From Octopus sinensis (taxonomy: Eukaryota): 64,000 nucleotides of DNA. Where the stretch lies: NCBI RefSeq assembly GCF_006345805.1, contig NC_043016.1:15624001-15688000 (forward strand). The letters are read 5' to 3'. Position numbers and translations under genes: made by a program. Shown piece after piece: positions 48,633 to 60,808 of this stretch. The notes beneath the pieces are model-generated. The model saw nothing but the letters and a program-made list of their open reading frames with translations. It was not told where the DNA came from and ran no database searches. Numbering within the stretch: position 1 is the first letter of the stretch; each line of letters opens with the position of its first letter.

Positions 48633-50647
48633 TATATACAAATCATTTGTCAAAAGATAAAGCTGGCATTCTATTATTATTATGGGTTTCATATTCTAGA
48701 TACAATCTCCTGAATAAAAGCTTTTTGACTTAAAATGTCCTGATCATAAATTAACATCCATTTTTATGATGGCATGAACTATACACCACATACTTTGATT
48801 CTAAAAAATTACAGCACATTAATATCCGATTCACCACCTTTCCTATGAAAAGGAACCAAATTCTGTCACATCACAGTCTATGACCTTAAAAAAAAAAATG
48901 AAGGATCACTACACCAGCAAATGTTAGATGTTTAAATACAGGTTAGTCATGGTTGAAATACCTCATTACCAGTTCTGAACAATTTCCTGTATGGCCAACA
49001 GTACATTACACAGCATTCACCATGTTAACATTGAAATGTATCAGTTTAATACCCAACAACTAACTCCTTCGTACTCTATTTCATTCATTCAAACAAATCA
49101 GCATTACATTTAACATACAAGGTGCGTGCAAAAGTAATTGTACTTTTTATGAAAATAATTAATGCTTCTAACTTATAGCAAGTCTATTTCTGTAGCATAC
49201 AATTCCAAATCTTGAAAAAGTGGCCTGTTAAGTAGATATCTAGAGAATAAGCTAGGTGAAATAGTGTTTTGTAGACTTGTTTGTTAAATTTCTGCAGATT
49301 CAATTGGTAAGACCAAGGTCAGGTATTGGTGAAGAATTAGTGCTTTCAAATGACCAATGTCAGCTGTAAATGTTGCATTTCTTGGTGTGCTTTGTCAATT
49401 TCATGGCAATACTTTCCTGCTGTGATGGTTTACCAGGATTCAAAATATTAGAGGATTCCACTAAAGGGATAACCTACTTTCCATACAACTTCAGTTTGGG
49501 CAAGTGCTTAGAAGCTTCACCTCAGTCCAGCCACAAAGTGTCTGTATAAGCCTTTTAAGCTTTTCAGAGATGCAAATGTTGAACAACATAAGCAGTGAAA
49601 GGAAACAATTATAAATTAACTAATGGGAATTGGCACTTAAAAATGGTATATCAAATAAGCAAAATTAAAAAAGAAAAAAAAATGCATTTATATTTTTGCA
49701 CCATCCTAACATGTGACTTATTTCCCCTCCACTTAATTATGTTATGAGATGAAGTAGAAACTAATATTTCAAGCACCAACATTTACCAAAAACAAAATGC
49801 AAAAGGCTGTGTATTAGGTTAATATGAATAATTTAGATAAGGGAGACATTTTTGTGTTACTAAATAACGAAGGAAAAGGGAATTATTGAGTAACAAATTA
49901 CATATACAAGAACCCACACACACAATACATCTGTATGTAAATGGGAAAAACACTGGGGGGAAAAAGTAATAGGCAAAGAAAACAAAGAAAAGAGAAGGAA
50001 TGCAGCTGAAATTATGGGCTTATAAATGAAATAACTTATGAGCCTGAGTGAGGTACACATACACAGAGAAGTAAACATGCATCCAGGTTCATACCCAAGT
50101 ATCATTCAAAGAAGCAAACTGAATAAAGTTAGAGGAAGCAACAGAGATGTAGAAATGCATACCTTCTGTTTACAAACACTTTACAGATACTTATGCAACA
50201 TGAATAATTTAAAACAAATTACCAAAGTATATTCATATTTAAAATGTGCAAGAGCTTCTACAAAGTGAGCCACTGCAAATAGCAGCCAAAACTTCAAATC
50301 ACACTAGTCATTAATAAAGCAGTCCTATATGAGCTTAAAATGATGAGCTGGTAATAACTGAAGAGTCTTCGCTCACAGGTTTGCACAATCAGAGCTGTAC
50401 TCGGGGTAAACATTATATCATAGCCATATAGAAAATGAACAGTTCACAAGTTTTAATTTGCAGTTTGATGTTAGTTCAACAAGTTAAGAAGCTACTAATA
50501 TACCAACGCTGCATGGCAGTGTACACATGGTTTAAATGTGGACTAAGCCTCAGCCGCACAGGTTATCAAAATGATACTGTTTTTATCAAGTTGTAAATGA
50601 TATCGAAAGCTTTGTCATTAAGAGCAGCTATAGTTATATTAGAGAAA

Positions 50648-50935
50648 TCATCATCATCGTTTAATGCCCGTTCTCCATGCTAGCATGGGTTGGACGGTTC
50701 GACCGGGGATCTGGGAAGCCAGAAGGCTGCACCAGGCTCCAGTCTGATCTGGCAGAGTTTCTACAGCTGGATGCCCTTCCTAATGCCAACCACTCCGAGA
50801 GTGTAGTGGGTAATTTTTATGTGCCAGGCGAGGCTGGCAACAGCCATGATCGGATTGGTGCTGCACGGAAGCCAGTCAAGGCGGCGCTGGCATCAGCCAC
50901 ATTCGGATGGTGCTTTTTACGTGCCACCGGCACAA
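50648..50935 (-). mobile_element. RTE LINE 3' end
   Basis: (CAT)n + RTE tail motif. Confidence 0.85.
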
Positions 50936-52694
50936 CGTCCGACAATATTCCAGTTCATGAATCAGTGAGAGATAAAGTACTATATACAAGGAAGAATTCT
51001 AAAAGGTTTTCCTCTTAGAACTATGACTCTTTTCTACAAGATTAGTTATTTAAATAACTCTGATGGAATCTAAGAAATGTCAAACTCAAGTTAATGTAGC
51101 ACTTGCAACAGCAAAACTATTTTAAGCACAAGAAAGTTTAAATAATTACTGAGACAACGGCAAGATTCTCAGATTTGGTATCAAAAGGCGCTGAGTTTGA
51201 GACTGGTAAGTAAAATTATGCTCTACTTTAAATGGATAAAAGGCTATCTTAAACTGTCGTAAAAATCAAATAACGTCTGTAGAGATTTATCTTTGTTAAA
51301 AACTGGTTACAAATTCTCCCCCCAAAATTAAATATTTGGTACTCCATCAATAACTCTCTTCATACATACATACCTTCACTACATTTCATTTTTAGACAAG
51401 CAACCTCTCTTAAAATGACTTGTTTAAATATACTGAGAAAATTTACATTCATTTTCAAATCTATGAAGAACATGTCATTAAATTATCATCAAATTTAACA
51501 ATAATACAAAATGCCATGCAGAAAAGTAATATAATTGAAAAGAAAGAAAATGTATTGCAAATTAGATTTAGAAGAGAAAAATCTTTTAAAGACAAAACTT
51601 AAGCCTATAACAGTTATGGGCCTTATGAGATAAGAAAAATGACCAAGTAAATTGTACAACAAAATTAAGGTAAACATGATTTTATTTTTTTTTTATATAT
51701 ATATAAAACAAGCTTCAATTCAAAATTAAAGTTCTTAAAAAATAATTACCATGATACAGTTACATATTTGATATTTTCCCCTTGGTTCCTGCCAGAAATC
51801 AAATTACACGCCAAAGAGGAGATTTTGAGATCTTTTCTGACACATATTGAGAAAACAAACACCTCTATGTCTTACACATGCAATTAGAAGGCAGTTTGGT
51901 ACTGGAAACAAAAAAAAAAAAATCCCATGCAAAATAAGACATATTCTTCATTTCTATAAATTGTATTCTGATATAGTTGTTATTAAAAAGACCCAAAGAA
52001 AGAAACTAGAAAAATAAAAATAAAGTCTGTAGGGGTATACAAGCAGATATTAGGCAAGGAAATATATTTTAATGATATAGAGAAGGCACAGAATGATCTA
52101 ACCTCTAATTGAAAAAAAAGTATATATAAGCAAAATTTAACATGGAAAGAATATTTTGGGATTCTTTAAATATAGGAAAGAAAAAAAAGAATAAAGCCTT
52201 TCATTTATTCATTTATTTTATTATTTTAACAAATCCTTTATTTATACTTTTATTTATTTGTTAACAACGAAATAAGAATAACGAAATTTTTTAAAAATGA
52301 CAATATTTCAAAAGATCTGAGAAATTAAATCTACCTAAATTACATTTTGAAAATATCTCAAGTTGAAATCTAGATAATTTAGAACTGTATATTATTATTA
52401 TGTTATATACTTAAATATCTAAAGTTGTATGCATTCCTCTACCATGTTTATCATATTTCTCATACAGCAATTTATAACTAAGCTAGTGTGCATTCATTAG
52501 ACCACACAGCCTAAACTCGTTTTATTACATTGAACACCTTACTCTATTTTTAACAGTGTGATCCATTGTATTTTTTGCTTGTTTTACTTATGCACAAAAA
52601 TGAAGATTTTTAGTTCAAACACTAAATGGTATAGAAATCATTATTCCCAAACACAAATCATCTGTTTGCAAACCTGAAAATAAACACATACTAC

Positions 52695-52748
<54 letters not shown>

Positions 52749-53179
52749 AAAATATGTTAGGGATGTACCCCCTAAAACAGTGGTTCCCAAGTTTTTTTCA
52801 AGATGCTGCTCCCTTGACGCCCAGGCCATATTCCTAGCTTCCCACCAACAAACAGACCATTTTCTGCAGTAAATTCAAAACAACTGTATTTCACAGAACT
52901 TTACCTAATTAACCCATTATTTTGGTTTATGTCCTTTGCCCCCTTTTGGCCACCCCATTATCATCCCACTTTTCTTCAATGCTCCCTGGATCTTTCCAGC
53001 ACTACCAAGGGGACAGTACCACACCCTTTGGGAACCACTGTTCACAAAAGATCCTGTCCTAACCCCATATTACAATCTAAATCACTATTATTGCAGCTTT
53101 ATTTGTTCAAATAAAATAGAATTAAATAACAGAACACCAATTCTTCAATGATTGCCATACACCAATATAAAGTCAACAG

Positions 53180-53575
53180 TAGGCGTAGGAGTGGCTGTGT
53201 GGTAAGTAGCTTGCTTACCAACTACATGGTTCCGGGTTCGGTCCCACTGCGTGGCACCTCGGGCAAGTGTCTTCTACTATAGCCTCGGGCCGACCAAAGC
53301 CTTGTGAGTGGATTTGGTAGACGGAAACTGAAAGAAGCCCGTCGTACATATGTATATATGTGTGTGTGTGTGTGACTGTGTTTATCCCCCCAACATCGCT
53401 TGACAACTGATGCTGGTATGTTTACATCCCCGTAACTTAGTGGTTCAGCAAAAGGGCCCAATAGAATAAGTACTAGGCTTACAAAGAATAAGTCCGGGAT
53501 TGATTTGCTCGACTAAAGACGTTGCTCCAGCATGGCCACAGTCAAATGACCGAAACAAGTACAAGAATAAAAGAA
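53180..53575 (+). mobile_element. SINE family A (full length)
   Basis: Head, internal microsatellite and tail all match 8180-8580. Confidence 0.9.
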
Positions 53576-53734
53576 TTATACACAGCTGTTTGTAAAATGA
53601 TTGCCAAATTAAGATGCTTAGCTAACCATTTCACTATTATAACTTGGTGTACTCCAAGCTATTATCCCCACCTTATGTGTTTCTATCTACACTCGATTGG
53701 CTTATTTTACAACCATCTTCAAGTACCCTGACCC

Positions 53735-53774
<40 letters not shown>

Positions 53775-53827
53775 ACATATACACACACATATGTATATAT
53801 ATATATATATATATATAAAGTCAACAG

Positions 53828-53969
53828 TAGGCATAGGAGTGGCTGTGTGGTAAGTAGCTTGCTTACCAACTACATGGTTCCGAGTTCAGTCCCACTGCGT
53901 GGCACCTTGGGCAAGTGTCTTCTACTATAGCCTCGGGCCGACCAAAGCCTTGTGAGCGGATTTGGTAGA
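53828..53969 (+). mobile_element. SINE family A 5' part (local duplicate of 53,180 copy)
   Basis: Shares the upstream flank TATAAAGTCAACAGTAGG with the 53,180 copy. Confidence 0.85.
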
Positions 53970-53983
53970 CATATATATATGTA

Positions 53984-54043
<60 letters not shown>

Positions 54044-55138
54044 CACACACACACACACACCCTACAGGTGAATTTACACTAATACCATTATTCTTAACAA
54101 AGTCCAGTGCATTAATTCACTATATTATCTCATAGAAGAAAATATAATCTTACCCATTAAAGGTTTTCCCAAATCCAAAAGTCAATGTATATAGTTGGTA
54201 AAAAGTGCTCAAACAGAACTTATTTTATTATATTTGCAAATCTACATTTTAAAGTTATGAGAAAAAGATAAAAGGAAGAAATAAAGGAAAAAAAAGGGAA
54301 AATCAATTAGACAGAAATTTTACATGTAAATATGCCTTATATTTGGATAGAACTTTCCAAATAATTCAACAATTACATGTACATAGATCTGCATATGCTT
54401 ATGAACATGTCTTAATGAACATGTGAGTACATTAAAATATGTACACACACACACACACACACACATAAACTGATGCCTATATACATATAAACCTGTATTT
54501 TTTTGTGAACATACAAGAAAAATAAATTAAAAAAAAAACTGAATGTGAATATGGCCGGAAAAGTTAAAATAATACGGGAGCTGAGAGACACTTAGGTCTA
54601 CACGTTAAATCACCAACCAAAACAGTACTCAAGGAAAAGTTTTGTTTAATGCTGCACCGTGAGAAAAAAAGACACAAGGTGTTGGTGGGTACAGTGAAAT
54701 AAAGTTAGAGATCTACTCGATGATTCCCAGCTTATTGTTGCACATATGGGGAAGGTGAACAATCTGCTATATGAAGAAAAACTAAAAAGAGGAAATGTGT
54801 AAATTTATCTTGACACAAGATTTAGAAAGTGAACAGTAATGGTAGTCAGCAACAGTGATATTGTAAATAATGAACAATGTGATGGCAGTGACTATGCTGA
54901 TGAATAATCTGATCTGATAGTCATTTAAGTACTAACAGAGAAAACATATAAGACAAAATGTAAAGTTGTATGGAAAGAAATATTTATATGACAGTTAAAA
55001 CCTATAAAGGCTTTTATCTGAATCATTGAGTTTTTGTTTACATGTTTGTATTCTTCGGGATGTGAGGAGAAGGTCAGAGAAAGCAACTCTACAATCATTT
55101 GTAATTATCTTTCTGATAAGACATTTTGATTCACTCAC

Positions 55139-57912
55139 TTTTAGAGTGTCTGATGCTGTCTTGATTAAATTGAGCTGGATGAATACTTCCTGAGTGAGGT
55201 TGTAAATTCTCCTGGTTAAGTCCAGACACAGTCCTTGTGATATTTGCTGTAGTAGATACCCGATTGCTGGCCACAGATCCATGCTGTACCTGTTGCTGCT
55301 TCAGTTGCGGATGTGAACCACTGCTGAGCTGCTGCTGTAAATAAGATGTAGAGTTAAAAACAGGACTTGAAGTTCTGTTACTAGAAGCTGAAGCAGAAGC
55401 TACTGTCGAAGCAGCTACAGAAGATGCAGACACTTGAGGATTGCTTCCACTAAGGTTCCACGAAGAACAAGCAGAGGACTTTCCCTGAGATGTGGACACT
55501 GATACAGCATTGGCAGAGGTGGTAGTACATGTTGTAGTACCACTACTTGTATTACAACTGTTACTACTACTCTTAGCTTGAGTCCCCATCACATGCATAG
55601 GCAGTATCCCAGTACGTTGATGATGCAAGTTCTGCTGCCCCTGCTGGGATCGAGCCACGTTCTGTTGATGCTGTGAAACTGATGCAGCTGTGAGTGTAGA
55701 AGAGGAAGAAGATTGAGTGGGGACAGTCCCAGAAGAGGAGCTACTAATATTTGGTGTTGTCGGGAGTTTGTACATAGATCCTGGAGAAGAAGCCGAAGTA
55801 GGGTGTGTCGCTGTTGAGGCTGTTAAAATCTTTTCCGTAGAAATGAGACATTGAGATTTAGACTGCTGCTGCAGTTGCTGCTTTAGTGATGAAGACTGAG
55901 TTGAATGAGCAGACGCTGAATACAAAGAGTGAATGTGTGTTCTTTGTGAAGATGATGAACTACTAACAGATTTACTACAAGAACTTGGACTTGTAGCAGC
56001 ATTAGATGATTGGCGTGGTTGGGAATGTCGAGGGGTAGGGATCACTGAACTTGACTGACACTGGGGGGCAGACTGGTGTTTGCTTGCACACTCTGCTTTG
56101 ACAAGAGAAGCTGTACTTGTGTGTGGAGAAATGGCTCTAGACGTTTGTTGTTGTTGCTGCTGCGTTGTTTGAAATTGCAGAGGAGATGAAAGAATTTTAG
56201 AGTGATTTTGTTGCTGAGAACTTTGACAGTTTGTGGGATTCACAACCTGAGATGAAGATGTTAATTGTTTACTTGACACAAGTGAAGAATATGATTTCTG
56301 CTGATGTTGCTGTTGATGGCGATTATGGTGTTGCTGGGAAGACTGTTGCTGTTGTTGTTGCTGCTGCTGCTGCTGTCGCCAAGATTTTGAAGCATGGGAG
56401 CTCAAATGAGATTTATTTGAATGAGAGTGACCTATGCTTTGTGACATCCCATGCACCACATTTTGTTGCTGATGAAGTTTTTGATGTTGCTGCTGCTGCT
56501 GTTTTTGATGCTGCAATGAGGACTGCTGCTGCTGCTGCTGCTGTTGTTGTGAATGAGTCTGATGCAGGTTACGCTGTTGTGTGGATGCAGTTTCGATTTT
56601 GCCAGCAGGGTGCACAGAGGAAGTTGATGTTAAAGAATGGGGTAACTGATTCGTAGTCCTATGTTGCTGCTGCTGCTGCTGTTGTTGTTGCACCTGACAT
56701 CTCTCATCAACAGCTTTTGAAGCTGCAGATGGAATTGGTTGTGTTTTCACCTTTTGCGTTGGTGCACCACTCTTAGAAACCAAACATGAGGCAGCATACC
56801 GTTGAAACTCAGCCAAGTATGTATTCTTGCTATCATCTTTGGAGAACTGAGCTGAAGATTTACTATCAGAATTCTGAGATTTCTCAGAGCTACCTGCTGC
56901 TAGTGCTGCCGCGTCTTTTTTGCTACTTCCTTTAATGCCAGATGCTTTTAATATCTTACTTGCCATACTAATAGTCAATTTATTCTGTACATTGGGTTGG
57001 GAAGAATCTTTAGATTTGACATTAGGATATGTAGTATTTAGGGACGAAACCTGTTGAGTTTTAGAGTTTATGTTAGATGTAGTTTGCCCATTGTGCTGCT
57101 GGAGTTGGGAATCAACCATTACTGACATAGCATCAACATAGCCATGATAATTCTGAGAATCACTAGTAACAACTCCAGGAGGTGAAGATTGTTGAATAGA
57201 TTTAGAGTGTACATTTCCTATGTGAGAAGGAAGTTTCTGTTGTTCCCCGCCAGGTTGTTTGTTGCTTGAAGTATGTCCTTGTGATTGTGATGATGAAGTG
57301 CCATGCTGATGATTTTTAATGGAAAGAGATGTGGTTGGACTGTGTTGAGAATAATTAACCTTCACAGAAGGTATGGTGGGACTTATCTGAGGAGATGTAT
57401 TCTGATTAGAGAATGGTGAACCATAAGTTACACTCACAAGGGAAGATGAAAGTGAAGAACTGGAGATTACTAATGGCGATACTGAACTTGAGGTTACATT
57501 ACCAGAAATTTCATGAACTGTTTTACTAGATTCATTTAGGTTTAATTTTTCTCCTTTCCCAAAGTTCTCTTCTTGTGAAGTCTTATGAAGGGAACTAGAC
57601 ACCGCTTGAGATTTCAGAACCAAATCAGAAACGTTCTCCTCAGATGAAGAAGGGTGATCACTCTCAATATACTCTAATACATTCCACAGACTTTTATCTT
57701 CAGATCTGTCAGAAGTTGTAGGTGAATGATCCATCATTTCATTAGCTAGAGTAGTCAAAATGGGTGTTACATCTGCTTTTGCATTTTGTTGGCAAGCAAT
57801 CAAACTATCAGTTTGTAATGCTGGGCTACTGTTGGAATGTGAGCCTGTGGTAGGAGTTGCAGCAGATATATCCTGAGATCTGAGGTTACACATAGCTTTG
57901 GTTGGTTTTATT
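55139..57912 (-). CDS. UBN1: Ubinuclein: large Ser/Gln/Thr/His-rich C-terminal exon
   Basis: Lies in a 940-codon stop-free ORF; acceptor TTCTTCAG|57,912 in phase 2, matching upstream exons; donor-like |GTGAGT at 55,138, or read-through to the stop at 55,131. Identity comes from the upstream exons, not from this low-complexity sequence. Confidence 0.8.
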
Positions 57913-59020
57913 CTGAAGAATACAAAATTATAAATCAGCCATAATCTAAACATATGTTAGAATTATATTTGTAACTTTTATTTAATAGAACCAAAACAAA
58001 TATTTCCTCCCTTAGGTCTGCTGAAGCCAAATTGATTATTTTGCAGATTAGAATTATGAACTAAAAACTGGAATGCTATATCTATATTCCAAATCACTAA
58101 TATCCATATGTCTGATAGTAAACTTTAGTTTCCAAAGCATGAAACCCAACACTTCAAACTAATTAAATAATCGTTAGTTGCAATGTTAGGCCTTTGCTTG
58201 CAACATCCTCTTATATGGATTAAATTGTTAAGCACTGTCTTGGCTAAAGACAATACCATGTTTGGCTCTCGCACTAATATACTTATAAGCCATGATATAG
58301 ATATCTATGCAAGAGAGAATTATACAGTGTTTGACTGAAGTAAGCTGTCATTTGGTGACGTATGCCAGGTTCCTTTGAGTACATTTACCTGGAGTAAAAA
58401 GCTCAACATTGAAAAGTAAAACAAAGAAAATAATATATAAAGTTTATAGTACTTAAAAACATAAGAGGTTGAGAATAAGGAGTGGAATGAACTAGAAAAA
58501 AGTTATTCATTTCTTTTATGTATAATAAAAATGTAACTGCTTAACTTTGGCATTATTGCAATCACAGAACTTGTCTACAGACAAATATATATAAAAAAAA
58601 AAACAAACTCCTGAACAAATATATAATATTCCTGCATTAATTCAATCAATGTTTAAGAGAACTGACTCGGCCAGTATATTGAAGTAGATTTTATTTTAAA
58701 TGCAGATATATGCATCATCAAATGGTTACCTTGATTTTAGGCATGTTTAAAAGAAATACTGAATTAAAAATTTACAAGCATGATCTGTCATCCAATATCA
58801 ATATCTATATTTCATCACCATTAGTTTCATACTTAATTTTGATTTAAGTATTCTCTGCAGAATATACCATTCTTTTTCATATAGCTTAGTTTTGTTTTAA
58901 AGATTTCTGCTAATTTCAACCTTATTTCATTAAGATAAATCAAAATAGTAATAAACTGGCTTAAACTTGATTTTAAAACTTTATGGATAAATTAAATGAT
59001 AGCATAAATATTATACTTAC

Positions 59021-59065
59021 TGTGAAGTTGAACCATGGGTTACTTTACTTTTTTTGTATAAAATT
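59021..59065 (-). CDS. UBN1: Ubinuclein 45-bp exon (R)ILYKKSKVTHGSTS(Q)
   Basis: Acceptor TTTTTCTCAG, donor GTAAGT, phase 2-2; resembles vertebrate UBN TLFKESR..HGHLTS as I recall it. Confidence 0.7.
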
Positions 59066-59750
59066 CTGAGAAAAATATAAAAATTACATAAAACCAACAA
59101 TGAAAATGTTAATCATTAACATGTAACATTGAAAACAAGCTTTTTTCAGTAAAATATTTATTTTATAAACATATTGAAGAATGAGTTTAGGGTCAGCAAG
59201 CATTTCAACAAACCTCAGACAAAGAGAAAAATATTAAATTAACTAACTAGATATAAAATTTTTAGAACAATATCTTGACACAATCCCACAAAGATTCTAA
59301 TTTTTTAAAACCAGTTTGAGCTTTCAGTTGTAATTACCTTGAAACACTTTTACTAGTTAGTATTAGTCAAATTTACATTAACAGAACTACAAAGTATTTG
59401 CAACATATTACAGATACAGGTCAGTGATTATCCCATATTCCAGTTTCTTTCTTTTTTCAATGTTTTCTCCACAGTTATTTACTACTGGGCATATTTTTTT
59501 TAAAATCATTTTTGCTAATTTCCTTCAATCAAGATCTAAAATTTAGTCCCCATTGAGATTAAATTTATAGTTTTGTACAGAAGAAATTCACATCATTTGT
59601 TTCATAATTCTCTGCTATTAAAGCAATAGGTGATTCATAATTCTGCTTTTCCAACAATAAATTTATCTTCAGTAATGTTATACATGCTCCAAACACCAGT
59701 CACCATCATACTGCATTAGGTGTTTCTATTAAAATAGAATAATTCCATAC

Positions 59751-59870
59751 CTCATTTTTTCATTCCATTCATAATCTCTTTGTAGTGAAGTTTTCTCCAT
59801 CTCCTCTAGAGATTTTTCTTCTTCACCATCTGAAGAATCTTCTTTCATCTCCTCATCCTCAGGAGTGCTC
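59751..59870 (-). CDS. UBN1: Ubinuclein exon STPEDEEMKEDSSDGEEEK..DYEWNEKM(R)
   Basis: Acceptor TTCTTTTATAG, donor GTATGG, 120 bp, phase 2-2; acidic stretch followed by a W-N-x-x-x-R motif as in UBN. Confidence 0.8.
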
Positions 59871-60204
59871 CTATAAAAGAAATAAGAATTTTTTTTAAAT
59901 TGTTCAGAAGAAAAGTATTTTATGAAAAAGTATCATCAACAGGACAAAGAATGTAGAAGAAAGACAAAAAAAAAAAAAAAAAACTGCTGAAAGAAACTTT
60001 CAGACTACTAGCTTCTAATTTTTAGTAATTACATACGTGCTTAAATTGGAACTTGCAACTGTATTTGATAGACCAAGTGCCATGTTTGCTAATTGGACTT
60101 GCAGTTAGCAATATATATAGTGTCATACTTTCTGTAGTCTCATTTGTAATTCTTTGTCTGTAATTTCCATTTTCACTGATCCACTGTTCTGGACTTTCAT
60201 CATC

Positions 60205-60415
60205 ATCATCATTTAACGTCCGTGCTAGCACGGGTTGGACGGTTTAACCAGGATCTGGAAAGCCAGGAATCTGCACCAGGCTCCAGTCTGATCCAGCAGT
60301 GTTTCTACAGCTGGATGCCCTACCTAATGCCAACCACTCCGTGAGTGTAGTGGGTGCTTTTTACGTGCCAGGCGAGGCTGGCAATGGCCACCAGTCAAGG
60401 CGGCGCTGGCATCGA
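60205..60415 (-). mobile_element. RTE LINE 3' end in a UBN intron
   Basis: (CAT)n + RTE tail motif. Confidence 0.8.
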
Positions 60416-60729
60416 CCAAGAGATTTATGGTAATCCGCGAGTCATTCTACTAACATTTTTGCATTTCATGAATAGTCTAATTAGTGAAATAACTACTGTA
60501 GTAGCTCTTCTGATATTACATTCTCCTTGTGGATACTGACCACAAGTATATTTTTAACTTTTCAGCCAGAGTTGCAGTGGACTAAAGTTTTATCTCAATG
60601 ATATCACATTAGGCATTGTAGCTATGTAACGACCATTACTGACTGGCATAAGTTTAACCTCTTATTATGATCATCTGATAACAACTTCTAAAATAATAAA
60701 AACAATACAAATAGAAACCCAATACTTAC

Positions 60730-60808
60730 AGATCAACATTTTTAATGTTATCTGCTTGATATTCAATTTTATATTTCTCTAACTGATCAGGTACTTCTTC
60801 ATTCGAAG
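60730..60808 (-). CDS. UBN1: Ubinuclein exon (A)SNEEVPDQLEKYKIEYQADNIKNVD(L)
   Basis: Acceptor TGTTATTTCAG, donor GTAAGT, 79 bp, phase 1-2, consistent with both neighbouring exons; resembles UBN ..MPEQ..KY..E.QA. Confidence 0.85.

Noticed and set aside
56231-56656. 141-aa antisense poly-Ala/Val ORF
   Set aside because: Shadow of the CAG/CAA tracts in the UBN exon.
58731-58759. 29-nt candidate UBN micro-exon with good AG/GT signals
   Set aside because: Gives a stop codon in the phase required by the flanking exons.
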